This document shows, one piece after another, positions 55,356 through 64,000 of a stretch of 64,000 nucleotides of DNA. The position numbers and the translations under genes are program-made. Source of the stretch: Gammaproteobacteria bacterium (GTDB lineage: Bacteria; Pseudomonadota; Gammaproteobacteria; SZUA-229); NCBI GenBank assembly GCA_029882395.1, contig JAOUKT010000006.1:21915-85914 (forward strand). Reading direction: 5' to 3'. Under the pieces are notes generated by a model. The model saw nothing but the letters and a program-made list of their open reading frames with translations. It did not search any database and was not told where the DNA came from. Each line of letters starts with the position of its first letter. Position 1 is the stretch's first letter.

Positions 55356-57950
55356 TTATTTTTTCTGAGCCGCTTTCATAGTTATCTGTGCGCATTTACG
55401 TAAATCTGATGCCATTTGAGCAGCATTTTGGTAGCGCTTTTCAATGTTCTTTGCCATTGCCCGATTGATAATGATGCTAATGCATCTGGGTAGTCCCTTG
55501 CGTATAGTGGCGGGATCAGGGTGGGGCTCATTGGCTATTTTATACATCAGTGCAGCCATCGATTCGGCCTGAAAAGGCAGTTCACCGGTGGCAAGCTGGT
55601 AAAGCATAACACCTAAAGAGAAAAGGTCTGAGCGTCCGTCGACCCTTTTTCCTGCCAGCTGTTCTGGCGACATGTAGGAAGGTGTGCCCAATACCATGCC
55701 TGTTTTTGTTTTACTGGAATCGGTAATGCGAGCGATTCCAAAATCAGTGATCTTTAATGCGTCAGTGTCCAGTTCATACATGATATTGGCCGGCTTGATA
55801 TCTCGGTGAACAACGCTTTGTTGATGGGCGTATTCAAGTGCATCAGCCGATCGGGCAATAACTGAAATCACTTTAAGCAATGGCAGCAGATTATCCGGCT
55901 TGGTGTACTCTGATAAATCTCTACCTTTAATGAACTCCATGGCGATATAGGCCAGGTCGTGTTCCTCGCCGGCATCATAAATAGTGACAATGTTGGGATG
56001 GCTTAGGCGGCCTGCGGTTTCGGCTTCCCTGAAAAATCGGTTTTTAACTTCCTGCAGTTCGTCGTCTTCAAATTCCTGAGAAAAGGCCATGGTTTTAATG
56101 GCCACAATACGGCTGATTTTTGGGTCTTTACCCAGATAGACTGCACCCATGGCGCCTTTGCCTAGCTCGCTTTCAACTTCGTAGCGGCCCAGCATCGGTT
56201 TCTGGACATTATTGCCACTGAGTAAAAGGCTGCTGCTGGTAGAGGCTGCGCTGGCACCGCCTAAAATAACAGTTTCTTCCATGGCTTTGGTGCGTGCCAT
56301 ACGTTGCGCTATATCTTTAAACTTAACATCAAAATCGGATATGTATTTATAAACAGAGCTGGCCTTATTGAACTGGCGTTTTCTCTCGTAATCCAGCGCA
56401 AGGTTATAGAGCAGTTCCATGGCCGATTTATCTAGCGGAACCTTTCTGAATTTTTCAAATGCCATGTCGAGCTGGCCCTGGCCCTGAAACGAAAGCCCGA
56501 GCATGCGGTTGCTTTCGGCGGACTCAAAATCAGATTTTAATTTTCCGCGTTCAGTTAACAGAAAATGTTTGGTTGTTAGCAGTAAGTGCCCTGTAATAAG
56601 CAATAATACCGGCAACATTAGTTCTATCCACCAGTTTTGCTGAGTCATTAAAACATAATGTGTCAGCAGCAGGGCAATGGTGAGCACCGCAGTAATAGTG
56701 AATGCCATGGCGGCATTTAATTTAGGCAGGATCAATATCAAATAAATAGCGATAAATAAAATCAAAAATGGTCTGGAGAACTTGCTCCATTCAGGCACAA
56801 TGAAAAAGTCCTGCTTCAATATACTGGAAACAGAATGTGCCAGGGTTTCCACAGGTGTCATCGAAGGTTTTATCGGCGTTACCTGTGTGGTGCCAATTCC
56901 AAAAGCCGTGGCACCAATTAAGACAATTTTACCTTTGTATTTTTCAACGGGAATTTTACCGCTGATAACGTCATAAAATGAATCAATCTGAAAGGCTGAC
57001 TGGCCGTTCTCTTTGTCATTATAATAGTAGGTGTGCATCTGTAATGCTTCATCAGTCAGTATGTTTAACTTGCCGAGCTGTATGCCTTCACCCAGTTTAA
57101 TTTGAATATCGCTTAAGTTTAAATTCAGACCCTTTGTTGCTAATACTAGTGCCAGTGAAGGATAGTATGAACCATAGTGGTCAACAATTAATGATTCGTG
57201 CCTGATGGCTCCGTCAATATCGGGTGTTGAGGTCAGATTGCCGATGGCCAAGGCATCTTCTGCAAGTTTCATAATAGGTGAGACGGCATCGTTGGTAGTG
57301 CGGGGTAAATACCCGAGCTCGACTGCCAGGGCCATATTTGTCGCAGGCTGTAAAAAGTTTTTTGTTACATAATCAGGTAATTCTGCATTTTGGTTGCCGA
57401 ACTGTGGGCCAAAAATAAAAGGCATCGAGAGCACTACTTTGGCATTTTTTTTAATGGCAGCAGCAAGAATTCGGTCGGTGTTTAATTCTTGTTCAGCTTG
57501 AAGCAGGTTGTTTTTCAGTATAGCCAGATCATTTACAATACTGCTGGCCTGTTGAGAGTTCTTGTTTTTCAGGTTTTGCGGAATAGAAGGCAGCTGGCTG
57601 TTGTCGTAAAAACTGATCAGTTCGTTGACAATGTCCAGCCCGGGGTCTTGCTGTGGTTCAGTAAAGAAAATAGTCTGGCCGATAACGGCGGTATCTGTCT
57701 TGCTGAGAAAGTTAAGTAATTTTGCGTGTTTGTCACGAGGCCATGGCCAGCGGCCTAAGTTTGCGATGCTGTTATCATCGATGGCGATAATAGCAATTTT
57801 ATTACTGGGCTTTTTATTAGATGCGCGTACCCCGAAGTCATAGGCACTTCGTTCGATTTCGGTAATAAACTCACTACCGGAAAACATGATAAATGTAAAT
57901 GTAATAACAATACCGGCAAACCAGTCGCTTTGCCAGATTCCCTTATTCAT
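55356..57950 (-). CDS. CHASE2-sensor transmembrane Hanks-type Ser/Thr protein kinase (kinase domain at the C-terminus)
   Basis: 864 aa. N-terminal TM, CHASE2 region (ANLGRWPWPRDKHAKLL), then three TM helices, a TPR-like linker and a kinase domain (LGKGAMGAVYLG...AIK; HRDIKPANIM; DFGIAR; GTPSYMSPEQ). Confidence 0.88.
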   Translation of the reverse strand: MNKGIWQSDWFAGIVITFTFIMFSGSEFITEIERSAYDFGVRASNKKPSNKIAIIAIDDNSIANLGRWPWPRDKHAKLLNFLSKTDTAVIGQTIFFTEPQQDPGLDIVNELISFYDNSQLPSIPQNLKNKNSQQASSIVNDLAILKNNLLQAEQELNTDRILAAAIKKNAKVVLSMPFIFGPQFGNQNAELPDYVTKNFLQPATNMALAVELGYLPRTTNDAVSPIMKLAEDALAIGNLTSTPDIDGAIRHESLIVDHYGSYYPSLALVLATKGLNLNLSDIQIKLGEGIQLGKLNILTDEALQMHTYYYNDKENGQSAFQIDSFYDVISGKIPVEKYKGKIVLIGATAFGIGTTQVTPIKPSMTPVETLAHSVSSILKQDFFIVPEWSKFSRPFLILFIAIYLILILPKLNAAMAFTITAVLTIALLLTHYVLMTQQNWWIELMLPVLLLITGHLLLTTKHFLLTERGKLKSDFESAESNRMLGLSFQGQGQLDMAFEKFRKVPLDKSAMELLYNLALDYERKRQFNKASSVYKYISDFDVKFKDIAQRMARTKAMEETVILGGASAASTSSSLLLSGNNVQKPMLGRYEVESELGKGAMGAVYLGKDPKISRIVAIKTMAFSQEFEDDELQEVKNRFFREAETAGRLSHPNIVTIYDAGEEHDLAYIAMEFIKGRDLSEYTKPDNLLPLLKVISVIARSADALEYAHQQSVVHRDIKPANIMYELDTDALKITDFGIARITDSSKTKTGMVLGTPSYMSPEQLAGKRVDGRSDLFSLGVMLYQLATGELPFQAESMAALMYKIANEPHPDPATIRKGLPRCISIIINRAMAKNIEKRYQNAAQMASDLRKCAQITMKAAQKK

Positions 57951-58100
57951 TTATTGCCGTCCCCATCGGATTATAAAAATTATTGTCTGATATTAGACTA
58001 AAAACAATGACTTGCATATCAACATTGAACAAAAGATTATGTTTTCTAAGGTTAATTCGGGGCTTTGAAATAGTAGCTTGCGCTAATATTGCCAGCCTTG

Positions 58101-59039
58101 TTATAGCCAGTGTTGCAGCTGGTCAGTATAAATGAGATTAATCATTGTTTTACTGACGCCTCGGGTAAAACGCTCAAATAAGTCTGGTTGATAGGTATAG
58201 TCTACGATTTTATTCTGACCTATGATTTCACGCGCAACATAGGCGGAGCTGCCTAAATCATCGATTAATCCTAATTCTATACTTTGTTCACCATTCCAGA
58301 TCAGTCCGCTAAATAAGGTCGGGTCATTCTTCAGGCGTGAACCTCGTCCGGCTTTTACATCATCGATAAATTGTTTGTGTGTGCTGGCCAGCAGAGTTGT
58401 CATGTGAGTTTCCGCTTTTTCATTTCTGGGTGAAAAAGGATCCAGCATGGCTTTGTTTTCACCCGCGGTGAGTTGTCTTCGTTCAATTCCCAGTTTTTCC
58501 ATGGTGCCGGTAAAACCAAAACTGCTAAGGCGTACGCCGATTGAGCCAATCAGGCTGGATTTGTTGGCGAAAATTTGTTCTGTAGCTGAGGCGACATAAT
58601 AGCCGCCAGATGCACAAATATCAGTGATAACGGCGTAAATGGGTTTGTCTGAATTCAGCTTTCTGAGGCGGTTGATTTCGTTATAAATCATGCCTGCCTG
58701 CACAGGTGTGCCTCCCGGGCTATTGATTTCAAGGATGATACCGGTTGCATTTTTGTTTCTGAAGGCATCTTGCAGGCCTTCAATTATGCTGTCAGCACCT
58801 GCCGGTTCACCAGGCATAATGCCGCCGGCCAGCTTAATAATAGCGGTGTGTTTCTGGGTAATGCCGGATGTTTCGTTAATATTGTTGGAGCTGAGAATAA
58901 TAATGAATAACAGTAAGTAAGCAAAGCCAAGGAGTTTGAAAAATATACCCCAGCGACGAGAACGGCGCTGTTCTTTAATACCGGCCAGTGCAATAGCTTT
59001 TATGGCTTCTTTTTCCCAGTTATCATTTGATTCAGACAT
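58101..59039 (-). CDS. sppA: Signal peptide peptidase SppA, 36K type (S49 family)
   Basis: 312 aa. N-terminal TM, then S49 motifs (ILEINSPGG; catalytic Ser in the ICASGGYY context; lysine region). Confidence 0.88.
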   Translation of the reverse strand: MSESNDNWEKEAIKAIALAGIKEQRRSRRWGIFFKLLGFAYLLLFIIILSSNNINETSGITQKHTAIIKLAGGIMPGEPAGADSIIEGLQDAFRNKNATGIILEINSPGGTPVQAGMIYNEINRLRKLNSDKPIYAVITDICASGGYYVASATEQIFANKSSLIGSIGVRLSSFGFTGTMEKLGIERRQLTAGENKAMLDPFSPRNEKAETHMTTLLASTHKQFIDDVKAGRGSRLKNDPTLFSGLIWNGEQSIELGLIDDLGSSAYVAREIIGQNKIVDYTYQPDLFERFTRGVSKTMINLIYTDQLQHWL

Positions 59040-59077
59040 AATCAGTACTTTTTTGTTAAATGTTATTATTTTTATTT

Positions 59078-59740
59078 TTATTTTACCTGATTTTCAAGCC
59101 ACTCTGGCAGCTCATGCAGGTGATTAATATGACCTAAAGGCGCATGTTTTAACAATCGCTCCAGAGAGTGTACACCATAACTTACAGCTAGGCAGTGTGT
59201 GCCGGCATTTTTGGCTAATTCCATGTCATATTCCGTGTCCCCAATCATCAGGGTCTGTGCCGGTTCAACGGCCAGTTCATGCATGATTTCTTCTAGCATT
59301 AGAGGGTGGGGCTTGGAAAAGGTTTCTGATGCGCAGCGCGTGCTCAGGAAAAACGCACCCAGGCCGCTTTCATTTAAGACCAGATCCAGTCCCTCTCTGC
59401 CTTTGCCGGTAGCAACAGCCAGCCAGTAGCCTGCATCATGTAAGCGTTGCAGCATCTCCCGGGTGCCTTCGAATAATGGGCTATGGGTTTTATTTTCAAC
59501 CAGGTAATGGTATCGATAGCGATCGGCGTATTGCTGTACTTGATGGGCAGTAAAGTCAGGGTATAAGTTTTCAGTGGCTTCTTTTAAGCCCAAACCAATG
59601 ACGTTGCTGAACACTTCATCACCCAGTTGTGTCGCACCGCAGTCTTTAGCAGCGGCTTTTAAGCAATCCAGAATTCTCTGCTGGGAGTCCATGATGGTGC
59701 CGTCCCAGTCAAACACAATCAGCTCAAAGTTTTTTTTCAT
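59078..59740 (-). CDS. HAD-IA family hydrolase (phosphoglycolate-phosphatase-like)
   Basis: MKKNFELIVFDWDGTIMDS (DxDGT motif I), then motif II/III residues and LMIGDTEYDM (motif IV). The ATG at 59740 is preferred over the track's TTG at 59758. Its position between sppA and rluC matches Pseudomonas. Confidence 0.82.
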   Translation of the reverse strand: MKKNFELIVFDWDGTIMDSQQRILDCLKAAAKDCGATQLGDEVFSNVIGLGLKEATENLYPDFTAHQVQQYADRYRYHYLVENKTHSPLFEGTREMLQRLHDAGYWLAVATGKGREGLDLVLNESGLGAFFLSTRCASETFSKPHPLMLEEIMHELAVEPAQTLMIGDTEYDMELAKNAGTHCLAVSYGVHSLERLLKHAPLGHINHLHELPEWLENQVK

Positions 59741-60683
59741 GTTGTCGTAGTGTCTCAATAGTATTTTTCAGCTTGTCTTCCAGTGGTGCGGTGACATGAA
59801 CAGGGCCATTTAAATCAAATTCAAGATAGCGTGCGTGCAGAAACATTCGGTTGAGCCCGGCCTGTTTCATTTGCAGGTTAAATTGTTTGTCGCCGTATTT
59901 TTCATCACCAGCCACGGGGTGAGCTTCACTGGCTGCATGCACACGTATCTGATGTGTTCTGCCGGTTAATAAAGTGACTTCAACCAGGCTGCAGTCAGCA
60001 AATTGTTCAGTTTGCTTAAACAGGCTGATCGCGGTTTTGCCGGCTGGGTTAACAGTAACCATGCGTTCCCCGCTTTTTATCTCGTTTTTACTCAGTGGTG
60101 CATCGATACGCTGTTCTGTATCAGGCCAGTGGCCTTTTGTTAGTGTCAGGTACTTCTTCTTTATGTTATGGCTGGTGTTAAATAAAGCATTGAGCTGGGT
60201 TAAGGCGCTGCGCGACTTTGCCAGTAGCAGGCAGCCGCTGGTTTGTCTGTCCAGTCGGTGAACCAGCTCTATGAATGTATTTGCAAAACGTTCGGCACGC
60301 AAAATATCGATGACACCGTAGTTCACGCCGCTGCCGGCATGAACGGCCAGCCCAGCTGGCTTATTAATAATGATCAGGTCCTCATTCTCAAAAAGAACGG
60401 ACTCATTCAGTGTTTGTATAAGTCGTTCAGAAATCATGGGCTGCTGGCTTTCCGTGACCCGAACCGGTGGTATCCTGACCAGGTCACCAGAGCTTAAGCG
60501 GTGACTGGGTTTGATGCGGCCTTTATTGACGCGCACTTCACCGCTGCGCAAGATTTTATATATACGGCTTTTGGGCACGCCTTTGAGTTTTGACATTAAG
60601 TAATTGTCTATTCTCTGGCCATCGTTATCAGCGTTAATTTCAAGGATCTGAACTTTGATTGGGGGGGAGGTGGGTATCGACAT
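59724..60683 (-). CDS. rluC: 23S rRNA pseudouridine synthase RluC (S4 domain plus RluA-family catalytic domain)
   Basis: From the ATG at 60683: MSIPTSPPIKVQILEINADNDGQRIDNYL... (S4-like), then the catalytic HRLDRQTSGCLLLAK motif. The track ORF extends 36 codons further upstream with no homology support. The 3' end overlaps the HAD gene by 17 nt. Confidence 0.85.
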   Translation of the reverse strand: MSIPTSPPIKVQILEINADNDGQRIDNYLMSKLKGVPKSRIYKILRSGEVRVNKGRIKPSHRLSSGDLVRIPPVRVTESQQPMISERLIQTLNESVLFENEDLIIINKPAGLAVHAGSGVNYGVIDILRAERFANTFIELVHRLDRQTSGCLLLAKSRSALTQLNALFNTSHNIKKKYLTLTKGHWPDTEQRIDAPLSKNEIKSGERMVTVNPAGKTAISLFKQTEQFADCSLVEVTLLTGRTHQIRVHAASEAHPVAGDEKYGDKQFNLQMKQAGLNRMFLHARYLEFDLNGPVHVTAPLEDKLKNTIETLRQHEKKL

Positions 60684-60791
60684 CTTTAGATTATACCATC
60701 CGGAGCGAATATCTTTGGATAAATATATCGCTAAAGCCTCTTTACATCTTAACTTAAATAATGCCAGAATAGGAGTGCGGTAAAAGAACAA

Positions 60792-61115
60792 AATTCCGCA
60801 CCCTGACAGGCTTATGGCCTACTATTAAGGGTATAGACACGAGAGTTCCCGCTCAATTAAGGCGGAAGAATAATTTTAGTTTGGTATGCAATAGGGCATG
60901 TCGAATAACAAAATAAACAACATAAGTTACTGTATTTACTGTGGATATTGCTTTTCATACATCTGGTGAACCTGCTTTGTGGGTTGCCATCTTGATTTCA
61001 TCGTTGTTGCCGGTGGCGCTTAAGATCGCCCCAAAAAAGCCAGCGATAGATTTCGATCGACGTCTTAAACCATCAGACGTAAAAGCAGTGCCGCACTTCC
61101 CAGGTTTAAATCAAA
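60792..61115 (+). promoter_or_regulatory. Long rne 5' leader (about 320 nt), probable autoregulatory 5'UTR
   Basis: A 324-nt non-coding gap precedes the confident rne ATG. RNase E autoregulation through a long structured 5'UTR is established in gammaproteobacteria. The only ORF here (60941..61243) runs into rne out of frame and has no support. Confidence 0.5.
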
Positions 61116-63365
61116 ATGAAACGAATTTTAATCAATGCAACTCAAAAAGAAGAGTTGCGTGTGGCTATGGTAGAGGGCCAAAAACTCTACGATCTCGATA
61201 TCGAAATCCCATCACGGGAACAGAAAAAGGCCAATATCTATAAGGGTACCATTACCCGTATTGAGCCCAGTCTTGAAGCGGCATTTGTAGATTATGGCGC
61301 AGAGCGCCATGGTTTCTTGTCATTCAAAGAAGTGGCTCGCAGCTATTTTTCCGAAGAGGCCAAAAAAGCTGATGGTCGCCCCGATATTAAAACTGCGCTC
61401 AGAGAAGGTCAGGAAGTTGTTGTCCAGATCGATAAAGAAGAGCGTGGTAATAAAGGCGCTGCGTTAACTACATTTATCAGTCTTGCGGGTCGATATATGG
61501 TGTTGATGCCCAATAATCCGCGTGCGGGTGGTGTTTCCAGACGCATAGAAGGCGATGATCGCAGTGAGATTCGCGAAATCATGAACAATCTCAACACCCC
61601 GGAAGGCATGGGTTTGATTGTTCGTACTGCCGGTGTTGGTCGAAATCAGGAAGAATTACAGTGGGACTTGAATTATTTAATTCAGGTCTGGACCGCGATT
61701 GATGCGGCATCACAAAAGAAAGCGCCTTTCCTTATTTATCAGGAAAGCAATGTCATTATCCGCGCTTTGCGTGATTACTTCCGTAATGACATCGGGGAGA
61801 TTTTAATTGATGATCCGGATGTTTTCAAAACCGCTGAAGATTTTATTAAACAGGTTATGCCTAATAATCTTAAGAAGATCAAGTTATACGAAGATAGCAT
61901 TCCTTTATTTAATCGATTCCAGATTGAAAGCCAGATAGAATCGGCTTATCAGCGCGAAGTGCGCTTGCCGTCAGGCGGCGCAATTGTCATCGATCATACT
62001 GAAGCCTTGATTTCGATTGACGTCAACTCTGCCCGTGCAACAAAAGGCAGTGATATTGAAGAAACAGCGTTTAATACCAATCTTGAATCGGCCGATGAAG
62101 TTGCTCGTCAACTGCGCTTAAGGGATCTCGGTGGTCTGGTGGTGATTGATTTCATTGATATGGTCTCAAACCGGCATCAGCGCGAAGTGGAAAACCGTTT
62201 ACGGGATGCGTTAAAAGTAGATCGTGCTCGCGTTCAGGTTGGCAGAATTTCTCGTTTTGGATTATTGGAAATGTCTCGTCAGAGATTGCGTCCTTCTTTA
62301 GGTGAAGCAACGCAGATTGTTTGTCCTCGCTGTTCGGGTCACGGCACCATTCGAAGCACTGAGTCATTAGCGGTTTCAATTATGCGCTTACTTGAAGAAG
62401 AAGCATTGAAGGAACAGACCGGGCAGGTAAATTTGCAAACACCTGTTGATGTGGCTACTTATCTTTTGAATGAAAAGCGTGAAGGTATCGCTGAGATACA
62501 GAAAAACACCAGTGTCAAAATTGTCGTTATTCCTAATCCAGGCATGGTCACACCACAGTATGAAATCGTCCGTGTTCGTAATAGCGAACAAGAGGAAATA
62601 GCGTCTTCAAGTAGCTATCAATTATTAAAAGAAATTGAAGAAGAGAGTACTTCTCAGGCGGTTTCTGAGTCAGCTAAAATAGAGCAGCCAGCGGTCCGCT
62701 CAGTTTCTCCTTCTGCACCTGTTCCGGTTCATGGAGCAGCTAAAAGTACTGCGCCTGCTTCTGCTAAAGTTAAAAAGCCGGGCTTCTTTTCCCGCTTAAT
62801 AGATTTGCTGTTTGGTGCCGGCGATACAAAGCCTAAAAACAAACCGCGTTCAACTACTGGCAGGGATGATCAGCGTGGTCGATCCACAGGTAAACAAGGT
62901 GAGCGTCGCCGAGGAAGTCAGCAAAAAGGCAGGGGGCGTAATGAGCGCCGCGGTGGTCGAAAGCAGTCTGATTCAGCGGCGCCACAAAAACAACAGTCAA
63001 AACAACCTAAGCAAACTAATGAGCGCGCCGCTGAGAAGACCGACAGTGCGCCGGCATCTGCTGATACAGCGAGTCAAAATGCTGGCAATCGAGGCAATCG
63101 GGGGCGCAGAGGCGGGCGCAACCGCGGTCGCGGTCGTAATCCAGGCCAGCAAAAACAAGTATCGGAAGTGTCAGCTAACGTGGCAGCTTCAGCAGGAAGC
63201 CAGTCTGACGATCAGTCATCTGCTCAAAAGCCTGCACCGATGGCTTCGCCGGCTGCCATTAATAAAACAGAAACGAGTTCAAATGTAGCTGCTGCACCAG
63301 CCAAGGTAGAAAAGCTGCCTGCTGCTGAAAAAGCATCGCCTGTAGTTAAGTCTGAGGATAATTAA
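61116..63365 (+). CDS. rne: Ribonuclease E
   Basis: The N-terminal 500 aa are near-colinear with the E. coli RNase E catalytic domain ([30 protein letters not shown]...). The C-terminal half is a low-complexity Arg/Gly/Gln-rich scaffold ([19 protein letters not shown]). 749 aa in total. Confidence 0.95.
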   Translation: MKRILINATQKEELRVAMVEGQKLYDLDIEIPSREQKKANIYKGTITRIEPSLEAAFVDYGAERHGFLSFKEVARSYFSEEAKKADGRPDIKTALREGQEVVVQIDKEERGNKGAALTTFISLAGRYMVLMPNNPRAGGVSRRIEGDDRSEIREIMNNLNTPEGMGLIVRTAGVGRNQEELQWDLNYLIQVWTAIDAASQKKAPFLIYQESNVIIRALRDYFRNDIGEILIDDPDVFKTAEDFIKQVMPNNLKKIKLYEDSIPLFNRFQIESQIESAYQREVRLPSGGAIVIDHTEALISIDVNSARATKGSDIEETAFNTNLESADEVARQLRLRDLGGLVVIDFIDMVSNRHQREVENRLRDALKVDRARVQVGRISRFGLLEMSRQRLRPSLGEATQIVCPRCSGHGTIRSTESLAVSIMRLLEEEALKEQTGQVNLQTPVDVATYLLNEKREGIAEIQKNTSVKIVVIPNPGMVTPQYEIVRVRNSEQEEIASSSSYQLLKEIEEESTSQAVSESAKIEQPAVRSVSPSAPVPVHGAAKSTAPASAKVKKPGFFSRLIDLLFGAGDTKPKNKPRSTTGRDDQRGRSTGKQGERRRGSQQKGRGRNERRGGRKQSDSAAPQKQQSKQPKQTNERAAEKTDSAPASADTASQNAGNRGNRGRRGGRNRGRGRNPGQQKQVSEVSANVAASAGSQSDDQSSAQKPAPMASPAAINKTETSSNVAAAPAKVEKLPAAEKASPVVKSEDN

Positions 63366-63415
63366 AGCAATCTAACAGTCGTCATTGGCTTGCGCATACA
63401 TCGCAGGTTCAATGA

Positions 63416-63889
63416 CTACCTGTTCTCAGTCTGTATTTTCTTTAACAGTCCACTGGCTGCGTCTTCCACCAGATCAAAGACGTGATCAAAGCCGCTGGCA
63501 CCGCCATAATAAGGATCCGGTACTTCTGTTTCCTCAAAATTATCGGCGTAATTCATGAAAAGCTCGATCTTGTAGTGCAAATGGCCGGGGCAAGTCTGCA
63601 TGAGTGCCGCCAGATTATCTGCGTCCATCGCTAGAATATGGTCGAACTTGTCAAAATCATCTGCATCAACTTTGCGCGCTCTTAGTTGGCCCATGTCGAT
63701 ATTTCTATTGTTTGCTGTAGCCAGAGAGCGGCCATCGGGTGGCTCTCCTATATGGTAGGCGTGAGTTCCTGCTGAGTCGATGTGTAGCCGGTCTATGAGC
63801 TTGTTTTTTTCTGCGAGGTGCCTGAATACACCTTCTGCTGTTGGTGACCTGCAAATGTTGCCCATGCAGACAAATAATACTTTTATCAT
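63416..63889 (-). CDS. ptp: Low-molecular-weight protein-tyrosine phosphatase
   Basis: From the ATG at 63889 (agagg RBS): MIKVLFVCMGNICRSPTAEGV with the CX5R P-loop, and a C-terminal DPYY motif. The track start at 63928 is an upstream extension. Confidence 0.88.
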   Translation of the reverse strand: MIKVLFVCMGNICRSPTAEGVFRHLAEKNKLIDRLHIDSAGTHAYHIGEPPDGRSLATANNRNIDMGQLRARKVDADDFDKFDHILAMDADNLAALMQTCPGHLHYKIELFMNYADNFEETEVPDPYYGGASGFDHVFDLVEDAASGLLKKIQTENR

Positions 63890-64000
63890 GTAATACCTCT
63901 GTGATTGAAATTCTGCTTCATAGTACAATGTCTCAAAATTTAAAAGAATCTGTCTTTAGTACAATTGTGGGATGCTATGCTGCGAATATACAACAGCCTG

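Noticed and set aside
53772-57950. FHA-PP2C-STK as the regulatory arm of a type VI secretion system
   Set aside because: No TssA-M, Hcp, VgrG or ClpV homologues occur anywhere in the 64 kb. The flanking genes are rlmD and sppA.
60941-61243. ORF 60941..61243 upstream of and overlapping rne
   Set aside because: It runs out of frame into the confident rne start and has no motif. The region is better explained as the structured rne leader.
63377-63420. Possible bidirectional terminator hairpin between rne and the convergent ptp gene
   Set aside because: Only a 7-bp stem (gtcattg/caatgac) with a 22-nt loop, and it partly overlaps the ptp stop codon. This is too weak to call as a feature.

Overview
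This is a 64-kb chromosomal segment of a gammaproteobacterium, AT-rich by eye. Its gene order resembles Pseudomonas/Oceanospirillales (frr-uppS-cdsA-dxr-rseP; pyrG-kdsA-eno-ftsB-ispD-ispF; rne-rluC-HAD-sppA). Most of the window is conserved housekeeping: dapE, glnD-map divergent from rpsB-tsf-pyrH-frr-uppS-cdsA-dxr-rseP-bamA-skp-lpxD-fabZ-lpxA, zapE, pyrG-kdsA-eno-ftsB-ispDF, yqiA, yajD, nagZ, pdxJ, cysM, rlmD, and rne with its long leader. I found no tRNA/rRNA genes, CRISPR arrays, IS elements or integrases. The non-core content is signal transduction in five small modules. (1) A periplasmic vWA/MIDAS protein paired with a membrane-anchored long coiled-coil protein, inserted between dapE and glnD. 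(2) A TonB-dependent receptor, a periplasmic binding protein and a hybrid histidine kinase in one operon. (3) A CHASE2-sensor Ser/Thr kinase, PP2C phosphatase and double-FHA protein in one operon. (4) A CHASE2-sensor class III nucleotidyl cyclase followed by an HD-domain hydrolase. (5) A PAS-GGDEF-EAL protein, a Tpm–M16C-peptidase gene pair and a two-RCK K+ channel. None of these modules is a recognisable known defence or secretion system. I rank the first three as the best candidates for an undescribed functional system. All calls come from reading the translated ORFs and the sequence; no database search was possible.
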